Shown: positions 8,742 to 18,296 of the stretch, piece by piece
Numbering within the stretch: the first letter of the stretch is position 1
Layout of the letters: every line of letters starts with the position of its first letter
Assembly (NCBI GenBank): GCA_035389045.1
Contig: DAOORA010000022.1
Coordinates: 1-57,309, forward strand
Length of the DNA: 57,309 nt
Source of the DNA: Bacteroidales bacterium
GTDB taxonomy: Bacteria; Bacteroidota; Bacteroidia; Bacteroidales; CAIWKO01
Direction of reading: 5' to 3'
Notes under the pieces: model-generated
Told to the model about the DNA's origin: nothing
Seen by the model: only the letters and a program-made list of their open reading frames with translations
Database searches by the model: none
Made by a program: the position numbers and the translations under genes

Positions 8742-9745
8742 GATTCTCCCTGGATTAGATTATTAAATTTTATGGCGCCGGTGATTCGCTTCTGCCCGTC
8801 CACCACGGGTAAGAACAAGACGGGAAAGTTCAGGTTCTTGATGTAGGAAAGCACCTCTGCTACCGTTTCGTCTTCATAGATGTATGCAGGGTTGGTGTTG
8901 ATCATTTCGGAAACGTCGATATGGTTCAGATCGCTGATGTTTTTGATCAGGCCTTTACGGACATCGGCATTGGTGATGATGCCTAAAAGCAAACCGTCGT
9001 TGCCGGTAATGCTGGTAAACCCCATTTTATAGCGGTCGATGGACAATAATACGCGCTCAAAGGAAAGTTCATCTTCGTGTATCACAGGAATTTCGTCGTA
9101 TTCGAGCATGAAGTCGCAGATGCGGTAGTGCGAACTTACATCGTTGCTTTTTAGGTTCAGCATGGCCGAACCAATAAAAGAATTCTTAAAAAGGTACGAT
9201 CCGATCACGGCCGCATAAACACCCATGTTGCGCATGATGAACGACACTTCGGCATTGATGCCGCCATCAACATGTATCTTTTTTCCGGGGTATTTGCTTC
9301 TGAATTCCCTGATCTTTTTGAAATTCTGTTTGTTAAATTCCCCGCCGCTCATTCCCGGTGTGGTGGTCATAAACAAAATAAAACTGCAGCAATCCGCGTA
9401 CCGGTCAAAGGCCGAAATATCGGTATCGGAAGTAATGGCAAGGCCGGGTTCTGATTTTACAAAATCAGGGATCTGCAGACCATTTTTAAGATTCTCATAT
9501 TGAAAAGTTACATATTCGATCCGGTGTTTGGCAATCAGGTCGAAATATTTTTCGGGTTCCGGACTTATCAGGTGAAGATCGATGGGCGTTTTGCTCAGCA
9601 TGCGTATCTGTGCAATATCATCAAAAACCTTAGGATCGTCAAGGCAGTCGATATGAAAGAAATTAACATCATAGGCATCGAGTTCTTCAATAAGTTCGTT
9701 CAGGTTTTTTTCCTTATTGGAATATATGGATGCTGAAAATTTCAT
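8738..9745 (-). CDS. Divergent ribulose-phosphate 3-epimerase-like domain fused to a CBS pair
   Basis: HID..D, DLHL, LFM...PG..G, VDGGIN, GS.LF; C-terminal CBS pair (GIITNADVRK, LPVVD...TGAI). Confidence 0.85.
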   Translation of the reverse strand: MKFSASIYSNKEKNLNELIEELDAYDVNFFHIDCLDDPKVFDDIAQIRMLSKTPIDLHLISPEPEKYFDLIAKHRIEYVTFQYENLKNGLQIPDFVKSEPGLAITSDTDISAFDRYADCCSFILFMTTTPGMSGGEFNKQNFKKIREFRSKYPGKKIHVDGGINAEVSFIMRNMGVYAAVIGSYLFKNSFIGSAMLNLKSNDVSSHYRICDFMLEYDEIPVIHEDELSFERVLLSIDRYKMGFTSITGNDGLLLGIITNADVRKGLIKNISDLNHIDVSEMINTNPAYIYEDETVAEVLSYIKNLNFPVLFLPVVDGQKRITGAIKFNNLIQGES

Positions 9746-9766
9746 TATTCACTGCCAATATTTCCG

Positions 9767-9810
9767 CAAAACTACAAACTTTTGGTCACAAAACATTATT
9801 TTTACCTTTG
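9767..9810. promoter_or_regulatory. Divergent Bacteroidota promoters for the rpe operon (-) and the MazG-like gene (+)
   Basis: CAAAACTA at 9767-9774 reads TAGTTTTG on minus; TACCTTTG at 9803-9810 on plus; both fit TAnnTTTG. Confidence 0.55.
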
Positions 9811-9835
9811 CGTATTTCTTATAAAACAATCAATT

Positions 9836-10162
9836 ATGACGATAGAACAAGCCCAGCAGAAGGTGGACGAGTGGATACAGACCACCGGCGTACGTTATTT
9901 CAGCGAACTCACCAATATGGCCATACTGACGGAAGAAGTCGGCGAAGTAGCCCGCATCATCTCCCGTACATACGGCGAACAATCTTTTAAAGATTCCGAC
10001 AAAGAGAAAAACCTTGCCGACGAACTCGCCGATGTGATGTTTGTCGTCATCTGCCTGGCTAATCAGACAGGCATAAACCTTACAGATGCCCTGGCGAAAA
10101 ACCTTGAGAAGAAAAGCGGACGTGATGCGGAAAGGCATAAAAACAATAGTAAACTTCAGTAG
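9836..10162 (+). CDS. MazG-like nucleotide pyrophosphohydrolase (YpjD type)
   Basis: LTEEVGEVAR and LADELADV motifs; ATG at 9836 follows the promoter. Confidence 0.9.
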   Translation: MTIEQAQQKVDEWIQTTGVRYFSELTNMAILTEEVGEVARIISRTYGEQSFKDSDKEKNLADELADVMFVVICLANQTGINLTDALAKNLEKKSGRDAERHKNNSKLQ

Positions 10163-10304
10163 TATTGTTGTCCTTCCGATCTTTTGTTTTAATACGTAAT
10201 TTTTCTAACCAGACAGAACCCTGTTTATGATTGGTTAAAAAAAAATCTACTTAAAAAAACAAGTTTTGGCTACTTATTTTGGCGCATGGTGTCTTTTAGG
10301 ATAC

Positions 10305-10330
10305 AAAAAAGCCCCTATTTTAGGGGCTTT
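10305..10330 (-). terminator. Intrinsic terminator downstream of tRNA-Leu
   Basis: AAAAAA-GCCCCTA-TTT-TAGGGGC-TTT. Confidence 0.7.
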
Positions 10331-10344
10331 CAGCGATTCATACG

Positions 10345-10428
10345 TACCCGAGGCCGGAATCGAACCGGCACGAGATTGCTCTCATTGGTTTTTGAGACCA
10401 ACGCGTCTACCTATTCCGCCACTCGGGC
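10345..10428 (-). tRNA. tRNA-Leu(CAA)
   Basis: Minus strand GCCCGAGTGGCGGAATAGGTAGACGC; anticodon arm TTGGT-CTCAAAA-ACCAA; long variable arm; GGTTCGATTCC; CCA not encoded; TACATTTG promoter element at 10459-10466. Confidence 0.96.
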
Positions 10429-10626
10429 TTGCTTGTTTAAAGAACTTTTTGAGAACTGCAAATGTAGTCATTTTTTTTATGCAGCAAAATAAAAACCACA
10501 TACATGATTTTATAGGATCCCTCCTCCAATAATATTATTCTATCAACAAACCACAGTATTATTGCGTTTTGCAGTAGATATGTGTTAAAAATCATCAATA
10601 CCCGGCCAGGGGCACATAGCCAAATT

Positions 10627-11409
10627 TTAAAAACTTGCCTTGATGCCCAGATCACTGGCAAAAGAGCTTTTAACAACATCTTCCGGGGGAAAAGCATCAT
10701 AAAGGTAGCGAAGCCCTGCTACAAGCGCTATATGTTTACCCAATGCAAAACTTATAGCGCTTTGATGGGTAAGGCGGAAATCATTGAAAAAGTCTATCCT
10801 CGGCTGATAATACGTTATCGTACTTAATTCGCATACGTTTCCCGGCAACGACCAGGTAAGGGTAAAATAAGCAGAAAGTCTGTGGTGGTTGTGGATTTTC
10901 GGTATTGTTTCCGATGTTTCTTCATGTTCAAACATATAAAGTGTTCCGACGCTCGATTTGAGTTTGGGCTTGTTGGCAATCTTGAATCGCGGCCCGGTTC
11001 CGGCCAGTGCCCTCATTTTAAGCAACAGCACCGGGTTGCTCTGGTATTGCGTGAATACTTCCCAACGGAAAAATTTGTTGAATTTGCGGGTATACCTCAG
11101 ATGTGCAAAGCCGGCATTACTCAGTGTACTTGTGTTTGATTTGGATAATTCGTAACTGCCCAGGATCAGTAATACATCTTTCAGGCATTTGGACCTGAGT
11201 TGAACCGCCGCAGATATGTTCAGTTGCAGCAACTCTTTTTTGTTGTTTTGCTGATACTGAAATGATGCCGCAGCATGTCCTGCCAGCTTTATGCTGTCGT
11301 TCTGCATGCGTTGCAATTCCACATTTACTATTTGTGCCTGCAGATTTCCCGAGAAAATGAACGTCAGTAAGACTAAGCCTGCAAAACTTTTTATTATTCG
11401 TGTATTCAA
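10627..11409 (-). CDS. DUF481-like outer-membrane beta-barrel protein
   Basis: Signal peptide ending AQ-IVNVE, alternating amphipathic strands, C-terminal F. Confidence 0.7.
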   Translation of the reverse strand: MNTRIIKSFAGLVLLTFIFSGNLQAQIVNVELQRMQNDSIKLAGHAAASFQYQQNNKKELLQLNISAAVQLRSKCLKDVLLILGSYELSKSNTSTLSNAGFAHLRYTRKFNKFFRWEVFTQYQSNPVLLLKMRALAGTGPRFKIANKPKLKSSVGTLYMFEHEETSETIPKIHNHHRLSAYFTLTWSLPGNVCELSTITYYQPRIDFFNDFRLTHQSAISFALGKHIALVAGLRYLYDAFPPEDVVKSSFASDLGIKASF

Positions 11410-11496
11410 TTTTTTCTGATAACTAAAAGGTTTTTTGGGGTAAAATTATTGTTTTTTGTAAAGTTGTACGTTTTATTCTCAAGCATAATTGTATCT

Positions 11497-11530
11497 AAAA
11501 AAAGGCTGTCTCTTCTCAGAAACAGCCTTT
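11497..11530 (-). terminator. Intrinsic terminator (identical copy at 18235-18268)
   Basis: A7-GGCTGT-CTCTTCTCAGAA-ACAGCC-TTT. Confidence 0.7.
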
Positions 11531-11558
11531 CTCTTAGTAAGCCGGTTTTTTTACAATT

Positions 11559-14500
11559 TTAATGAATCAAACGGATCGTCTTATTTTGTGTTTTGTCAGT
11601 CCCTGTATATTCAAGCCTGAAAGTATACATCCCTGCAGGTAAACTCCCAGGTAAAAAAACAACTTCATGTCTTCCGCCGTTCCGTGTCTCGTTTATAATT
11701 TCTTGCACAAGTTCCCCGATCACATTATACACATCCATTTTGACCATTCCGTCTGCGGGGATGCTGTAAGTCAGGATTGCATCGCCGTCAAAGGGATTAG
11801 GATATCCGGTAAACTCAAAACCGGGTTCCGTGTTGTTCCCCTGAACAAATACCCTGGGCATCAGCAGGTAGGCATCTTCATTTTCCTGACCATACTGGTC
11901 GCCCATTACGCCTGTGCCCGACAATTCAAAATCAAGAGCGCCTTGTGTTGTGCTTTTGTAAGAGCGGAATCCCAAACGGATAATTTCATCATTGGCAGCC
12001 ACATCAAAATGATCCGTTGTGGCAAAGACCACGCGGATCACCCCGTCTTCATCGGTTACCAGTAAGTCATTATCTTCGGCTATGATCTCTTCCAGTGTCT
12101 GATTGATCTTTACAAAACCGTTCTTGTTACTTTCTTTTGACATGGATGCACTTACCAGGCTGAATGTTTCATCCGGGTAGTTTAATTCAAGGCCCAGGGC
12201 TGAAAAATCATTCATTTTTGTGCTGATGCGCAACGGAATTTCAAAATAGTCCGGATTTCCGGTAGTGACGTATTCATCAGAAACGGCTATGATATTTTCC
12301 GGCAGCGATTTGGCCATACCCCAGTTTATCAGGGAATCGCGGTATTTGCTGCTTGAGGCATTATAGTCGCCATAGCAGATCGTCTTCAGCGCAATATTCA
12401 GATTGCCTCCTGCCACTGTAACAGAGGTGTCAAGCGCCACCCAGTTTCCCCCCGGAAAATTTTTCTGAACGCTGTACGGCGAGCCGATCTTTGCCTTTAT
12501 CCTCGAAATATCAATGGCATTGATCGCCAAATTATTATCTGCATTGGCCGCCTTCCTGTATTTCGGATAAAAATTCCTGGACGGATCCATCGTAGTGTCT
12601 GACCCGATATAATACTTCATTATTGACACGTCAATAGCATCTACGGCATTTCCCCATTGCATGCTATCAACCGTGTATTTGTCATACGACAAAATGTATG
12701 CGCCATCAACAACATTTGTGAACTGATAATCTCCGAGCGCGTCGCTTGTATCACAGGCGATAACCGTTCCCGAAGGATAGTTCTTCAGTGTCACTATGAC
12801 ATTATCAATGTTGTATATCACAGAATTATAGGTCGGCGGATTGGGTGCGGGGCTGCCGTTATTGGCTTTTCCCAGGTAACGGGTCTTGCCGCTGATGGTA
12901 TATCCTCCTCCGCAATTGCTGATGGTAACTGTACGTATCACCTGTGGCGATGGCCCCCCGCAACCGTAGGCAAACACTCTGATATCCACTGTTCCATAAA
13001 AACCAATGGCCCATGTCATCTCACCGGTCAGGGAATCAATACTGCCGGCAGCTGGGTTGCTTATTGACCAGTGAAATCCGGAGTTGTTCATCGCTGTTGT
13101 CTGATAGACCGTTGTGGTGGTATCATTGTCAGGCGGACAGACAGGTTCCGTGCCTGATGATACGGTTATCGGCGTGGGCGTTGTTACCCACGGGATTACG
13201 GTTACGTTAAACACCGAAGTATTAATGGAGCCACAGGGATTACTGGTCACCGAACAATAGAAGCCGTTACTTGTGCTCATTATTCCCGGGTTGTAGGTAC
13301 TGTTGGTCGCTCCGTTAATTAATCCGGAGGATGTCCTGTGCCATTGATACGCATAAACCCCCGAACCTCCTGAAGCAGCAGCAGTAAATGTGCCCGGGCT
13401 GGATTTGTCGCATATCGGAGATGTGCCCCCGCTGGTGGATGCTATCAGATCGGAATAGACCGAAACATTTATTGTATCAGAATATATTGTGCCACAGGAA
13501 CCCGTGACAACACAATAAAATTCCGCACCTGAAATCATGTTTCCCGGATCATATGTGCTATCAGTTGCATTATTTATAATACTTGAAGGCGTTGTATACC
13601 ATTGATAGGAATAAATGCCGGTTCCTCCCGTCAGTGTTGCGGTAAAAACTCCGGGGCTTGAGCCATAACATACCGGTGATGTTCCTCCGGTAATACCGGC
13701 CGCAGCATTGTTAATAACGGTAACAGATTTTGTTGCTGTATTTACACAACCACCTGCCGTAGTCACAGCATAGGCAATAAGAGATGTTCCTGCTGATACC
13801 CCTGTCACCAGGCCTGTTGTCGGATCTATTGTTGCAATCCCCGGCACTGTGCTTGTCCATGCGCCGCTGCTGGTCGTGCTGGTCCATAGGTCTGTTGAGC
13901 CGGAACACAGTATGGTGTCGCCGGTGATGGTCTGAATTACAGGAGCCGTTATCGAAATAGTTTGCGTCGCAGTATTTACGCACCCTCCGGTTGTAGTCAC
14001 GGCATAGGCAATAAGAGATGTGCCTGCGGATACCCCCGTCACCTGGCCTGTTCCCGTATCTATTGCGGCAACACCCGGATTTCCGCTGGCCCAGATACCA
14101 CCAGCCGTGGTTGCAGACCATATATCCGTTAATCCGGCACATAACGGCGTGACTCCTGTTATGGCCTGTGCAACAGGAGCCATTATTGTCACCGTTTTTG
14201 TGGCGGTATTGGAACATCCGCCTATTGTCACAGAATACGTTATTCTTGATGTTCCTGCAGACACACCTGTAACCAGGCCCGTACCGGCATTTACTGCAGC
14301 AACTCCCGGTATTCCGCTATACCAGGTACCGCCGCTACTGGTACTGGCCCAGGGCGCTGTTGATCCGATACACAAGGGCGTTTGCCCTGTTATCGTTTGC
14401 GATGTCGGTATATTTACAGTTACGGTTCGGGTAGCTGTATTTACGCAAACACCTCCTGTGGTCACCGAATAGGTGATCAGGGACGTCCCCTGTGAAACAC

Positions 14501-17195
14501 CTGTGAGCAGGCCGGTACTTACATTTATCGACGCCACTCCGGGATTACTGCTGGTCCAGCTGCCGCCACCGCTGGTAGCTGACCACACTGCTGAATTTCC
14601 TGTACATAATGGATTTGTACCATAAATTGTCTGTGGAACAGGTAAAGATACAGTCACTGATTTTGAACTAACGGCAGCACAACCATCGGTGCTGGTAACC
14701 GTAAGCATATAGGTGCCACCGGCAGTAATATGAATACTTTGAGTGGTTGCGCCGGTAGACCACAAGTAGTTATAATAAATCGGGGCTGTTGACGGTACTA
14801 CCCATGCAGGAGTGTTGATCAAAATACCGCTGTTTGCAGGAGCGGCAGAATTCACAGAGCTTGCTCCGGCTCCTTCATTCAACCGGAAATAAGCCGTAAG
14901 CCCTGCCGAATTATAGGCGACTTCCGAATTCATTGAGGCCAGGATATCGACCTGTGCTTTGGCAGTGTCCCAAACCCGCACTTCATCAATAAGTCCAACA
15001 AAATTTTCAGCCATCATCATATAGTGGGTTCCGATGACTGCACCTCCGGGTTCGCCGGTATAAAGTCCGCTTTGTGCTGTTGTAACAGTATCGGGATTGC
15101 CATTGACAAAAATTTTCCGCACAGAACCATCATGGGTAATAGCAATATGGGACCATTGGTTTACGGGAACATCAAGGCTTCCTGTAAATTCACTGTAGCC
15201 ACCGCCGGCATCTTTCGAGCCATATAAAACCTTGCCATTCCTTATTTGAAGAAGGTATTGATGGTTGCCTTTAAAAAAAACATTTCTGTTACTGTTAATG
15301 TCAGTGGGATAAACCCATGCTTCCACCGTTAACTGACTAACATTCAAACCACTGTAATTCGGAATGGCAACATACCGTAAATTTCCGTCAAACGCCAGGG
15401 CATTGCCTCCGGACGCACAAATCAGGTTAACTGAACCGCCCGAGCAGAAGGAGGTCGGCCCGTCAGCGCTGATGGCGGGATTCGGAGTAAAAAGTGTTGT
15501 CAGTATTGCAGAATCGCTTTTCAGCGTATTACAGCCATCGGTCACAACACAGCGGAATAGATATCCGTTCATAGTTGAACCGGCAGTAATATTGAGTGTG
15601 CTGGTTTTAGTACCCGTATATGGTGCGCCTTCTGTGAGGTTTGTAAAAACATTTCCGCTGTCTGTGCTTCGCTGCCATTGATAATCGGAAACTCCGGTGC
15701 CTGTAATACCAAACTGCACAATGCTTCCGGAACATACGTTTTGCCGGTCAACGGGCTGTGATGACAGTGCCAGTAACGGTTTTAATTTTAAAACATAAGT
15801 ATCATATTGTCCTGATGAGGTAAGATTGCTGACGCCTGCACCGGGGTCAAAATCAACGGTTCCGGTAAAAACTCCCATGTTGAAAATATTCCCGGAAGGA
15901 TCCAAAGCCAGGGAATTGCCAATATCATTGGTAGCGCTGCCCATGCTTAATGCCCACACAAAATTGCCGGAAGCATTAAGTTTTGAGATAAAAATATCCC
16001 AGCTGCCTGATGAAGTAATATTAAAAGTGCCTGTACCGGGGTCAAAATCCGAAGTCTGAGCGAAATACCCCGTAGTATAAACATTATCAGAGCAGTCTAA
16101 GGCCAGAGAATACCCACGTTCACCTGAAGTCCCGCCCATCCTTTTAGCCCAAAGGAAGTTCCCATACGTATCCAGTTTTAATACATAAATATCTTCATTC
16201 CCTGCTGATGTAAGAGAATATGATCCCGGGCCGGGATTAAAGTCAACGGTCTGGCCAAAACATCCAGTTGAATAAACGTTTCCCGACAGGTCAACAGCTA
16301 TTGATTCGCCATAATCTCCTGATAATCCGCCGACTTTTTTTGCCCACAGAAAGTTTCCTGAAGAATCGAGTTTCGAAATAAAAATATCAGAATAAGCCGA
16401 CGCAGTAAGATAATAGCTTGTTAATGTGTCCGGATCAAAGTCTGCCGTGCCTTCAAAATACCCGGTTGTATAAACATTGCCTGACACATCAACAGCTAAT
16501 GAATTTCCATAATCACGCATAGAGCCTCCCAATCTTTTAGCCCATAGAAAGTTGCCATAAGTGTCCAGTTTTAAGACAAATACATCCAGGCTGTCTGATG
16601 TGAGGTTATAGGTTCCGGCGCCCGGATCAAAGTCTGCCGTACCCTGAAAGAATCCTGTGGTATAACTATTGCCGGAAGAGTCAATTGTTAATGACATTCC
16701 ATAAGCAGGCAAAGACTCCCCAATGTTAACAGCCCAAAGAAAATTGCCCGAAGAGTCCAGTTTTGAAATAAAAATATCGTAACCTCCCACCGAAGTCAGG
16801 TTAAAAGTGTCCGGACCCGGATCAAAGTCCCCTGTTCCGTAAAAATATCCTGTCGAATAAACGTTGCCGGATTTGTCAACCGCCACAGATGTCCCATAAT
16901 CCAGGTTCGTTCCACCCATTCTGACAGCCCAGCAGAAGTTGCCGGAAACATTCAACTTTGAAATATACACATCATTTATTCCGGCTGAAATCAGATTAAA
17001 TATCCCTGTGCCGGGATCAAAATCTGAAGTTCCGGAGAAATAGCCGCAAGTATAAACATTACCCGGCTGATCAACAATGATGGATTGTCCATGATCAACG
17101 GAACTACCCCCTAATTTTTTTGCCCATTCATAATCCTGAGCTGATGATTCTATACAAAGGATTATCAGTGTAAAGATAAAGATGATTTTTCTCAT
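11559..17195 (-). CDS. Large T9SS surface protein: SBBP beta-propeller repeats, Ig, LamG, Big_2-like repeats, dockerin/cohesin-like module, type A CTD
   Basis: ~7 repeats of 'D.SGNVYTTGYF.GT.DFDPG...D.FISKLD.SGN.LWA'; LamG TVEAWV/WSHIA/IDEVRVW; repeated 'W.S.NPGVA.I...TG.VTGVSAGT'; YPNPF...GMY CTD. Confidence 0.85.
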   Translation of the reverse strand: MRKIIFIFTLIILCIESSAQDYEWAKKLGGSSVDHGQSIIVDQPGNVYTCGYFSGTSDFDPGTGIFNLISAGINDVYISKLNVSGNFCWAVRMGGTNLDYGTSVAVDKSGNVYSTGYFYGTGDFDPGPDTFNLTSVGGYDIFISKLDSSGNFLWAVNIGESLPAYGMSLTIDSSGNSYTTGFFQGTADFDPGAGTYNLTSDSLDVFVLKLDTYGNFLWAKRLGGSMRDYGNSLAVDVSGNVYTTGYFEGTADFDPDTLTSYYLTASAYSDIFISKLDSSGNFLWAKKVGGLSGDYGESIAVDLSGNVYSTGCFGQTVDFNPGPGSYSLTSAGNEDIYVLKLDTYGNFLWAKRMGGTSGERGYSLALDCSDNVYTTGYFAQTSDFDPGTGTFNITSSGSWDIFISKLNASGNFVWALSMGSATNDIGNSLALDPSGNIFNMGVFTGTVDFDPGAGVSNLTSSGQYDTYVLKLKPLLALSSQPVDRQNVCSGSIVQFGITGTGVSDYQWQRSTDSGNVFTNLTEGAPYTGTKTSTLNITAGSTMNGYLFRCVVTDGCNTLKSDSAILTTLFTPNPAISADGPTSFCSGGSVNLICASGGNALAFDGNLRYVAIPNYSGLNVSQLTVEAWVYPTDINSNRNVFFKGNHQYLLQIRNGKVLYGSKDAGGGYSEFTGSLDVPVNQWSHIAITHDGSVRKIFVNGNPDTVTTAQSGLYTGEPGGAVIGTHYMMMAENFVGLIDEVRVWDTAKAQVDILASMNSEVAYNSAGLTAYFRLNEGAGASSVNSAAPANSGILINTPAWVVPSTAPIYYNYLWSTGATTQSIHITAGGTYMLTVTSTDGCAAVSSKSVTVSLPVPQTIYGTNPLCTGNSAVWSATSGGGSWTSSNPGVASINVSTGLLTGVSQGTSLITYSVTTGGVCVNTATRTVTVNIPTSQTITGQTPLCIGSTAPWASTSSGGTWYSGIPGVAAVNAGTGLVTGVSAGTSRITYSVTIGGCSNTATKTVTIMAPVAQAITGVTPLCAGLTDIWSATTAGGIWASGNPGVAAIDTGTGQVTGVSAGTSLIAYAVTTTGGCVNTATQTISITAPVIQTITGDTILCSGSTDLWTSTTSSGAWTSTVPGIATIDPTTGLVTGVSAGTSLIAYAVTTAGGCVNTATKSVTVINNAAAGITGGTSPVCYGSSPGVFTATLTGGTGIYSYQWYTTPSSIINNATDSTYDPGNMISGAEFYCVVTGSCGTIYSDTINVSVYSDLIASTSGGTSPICDKSSPGTFTAAASGGSGVYAYQWHRTSSGLINGATNSTYNPGIMSTSNGFYCSVTSNPCGSINTSVFNVTVIPWVTTPTPITVSSGTEPVCPPDNDTTTTVYQTTAMNNSGFHWSISNPAAGSIDSLTGEMTWAIGFYGTVDIRVFAYGCGGPSPQVIRTVTISNCGGGYTISGKTRYLGKANNGSPAPNPPTYNSVIYNIDNVIVTLKNYPSGTVIACDTSDALGDYQFTNVVDGAYILSYDKYTVDSMQWGNAVDAIDVSIMKYYIGSDTTMDPSRNFYPKYRKAANADNNLAINAIDISRIKAKIGSPYSVQKNFPGGNWVALDTSVTVAGGNLNIALKTICYGDYNASSSKYRDSLINWGMAKSLPENIIAVSDEYVTTGNPDYFEIPLRISTKMNDFSALGLELNYPDETFSLVSASMSKESNKNGFVKINQTLEEIIAEDNDLLVTDEDGVIRVVFATTDHFDVAANDEIIRLGFRSYKSTTQGALDFELSGTGVMGDQYGQENEDAYLLMPRVFVQGNNTEPGFEFTGYPNPFDGDAILTYSIPADGMVKMDVYNVIGELVQEIINETRNGGRHEVVFLPGSLPAGMYTFRLEYTGTDKTQNKTIRLIH

Positions 17196-17597
17196 ATTTT
17201 ATTCAGAAATGTTTTCAAACGGAGAAACAATTTGCTGCCGGGTATTCCAATTCTGCTTTAAAAGTCATTATAAAACAGGATATCACGTTAGCCGATGATG
17301 AATCCTGCCGGATAAATACCCATAAATTTAACAAAACGATTTGTCTGAAGAAGTGTAAATAATAGTAATTTCATATGCTAACAAATTTATAGACAATCTT
17401 GTTCTTGACAAAGCATTATTAATTTACGAAGATAACAAAAAACACTAAATTTTCTAAGAAATTAACAATATTATGGTGAATGAGAAGCTTCACTTTCAGG
17501 CAATTTCTTTTTTTGATGTGCTGGTAGAAAAAATAACTACTCAAAGTCATCAGAAAATTACATATTTTCTTTTAAACACTACTTTTAGAAAAAGACT

Positions 17598-17897
17598 TTA
17601 ACAGGGGCAGCGCCCCGAAATATTTGTAAGAAGTGGCACCCATCAAAAAAGTAAGGTGCAGAGCACCGTAATATATAGTCAACCACTCAAAAAATAATTA
17701 GAAATCATATTTTTTTCAATGTGTTTTTTGTCAAATTCCCTGTATCAAAACATCTCTTTTTTACGGGTGAAAACAAGATGAATATAGCATTACCTGCAGG
17801 AATTGGACATAACCGGGATTTTAATATTACGGTACGCTGTACCTTGCTTTTCGCACTTATTATTATTTTATAAATGTTACGGTGCTCTGCACCGGTC
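17598..17897. repeat. REP/REPIN-like cluster, second copy
   Basis: TTAACAGGGGCAGCGCCCCGA...TATTTGTAAG...AAAAGTAAGGTGCAGAGCACCGTAA, then inverted GGTACGCTGTACCT and GGTGCTCTGCACCGG. Confidence 0.7.
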
Positions 17898-18234
17898 ACT
17901 TTTAACTTTAGTATTGGCAGCTCTGCAAAAATCTTTTCATCTAAAATTAAGGAATATGAGTGTTCAAACCTGCCAAGCCGGTCTGCAGGACTAACAATTC
18001 AAATTTTGCCTAAAAGCAGACGACTTAGAAAATATTCCCGACTTGTTGTCGGGAATACATTTTCTTAGAAGTTTGCACATTAAAATTTTTGAGATAAAAC
18101 ATCAACCAATAACAATATTAGGAAAAGATGCTAGGGTTGCGTATTGGAAGCTCTTGAATACATAATCCGGGTTTTATTGACATCATTAATTATTATTGGC
18201 ACCTCCAAAAATGATTTAGCCCACTTTCATCGGA

Positions 18235-18268
18235 AAAAAAAGGCTGTCTCTTCTCAGAAACAGCCTTT
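18235..18268 (-). terminator. Intrinsic terminator (duplicate of 11497-11530)
   Basis: Same hairpin as the first copy. Confidence 0.7.
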
Positions 18269-18296
18269 CTCTTAGTATGCCGGTTTTTTTACAATT

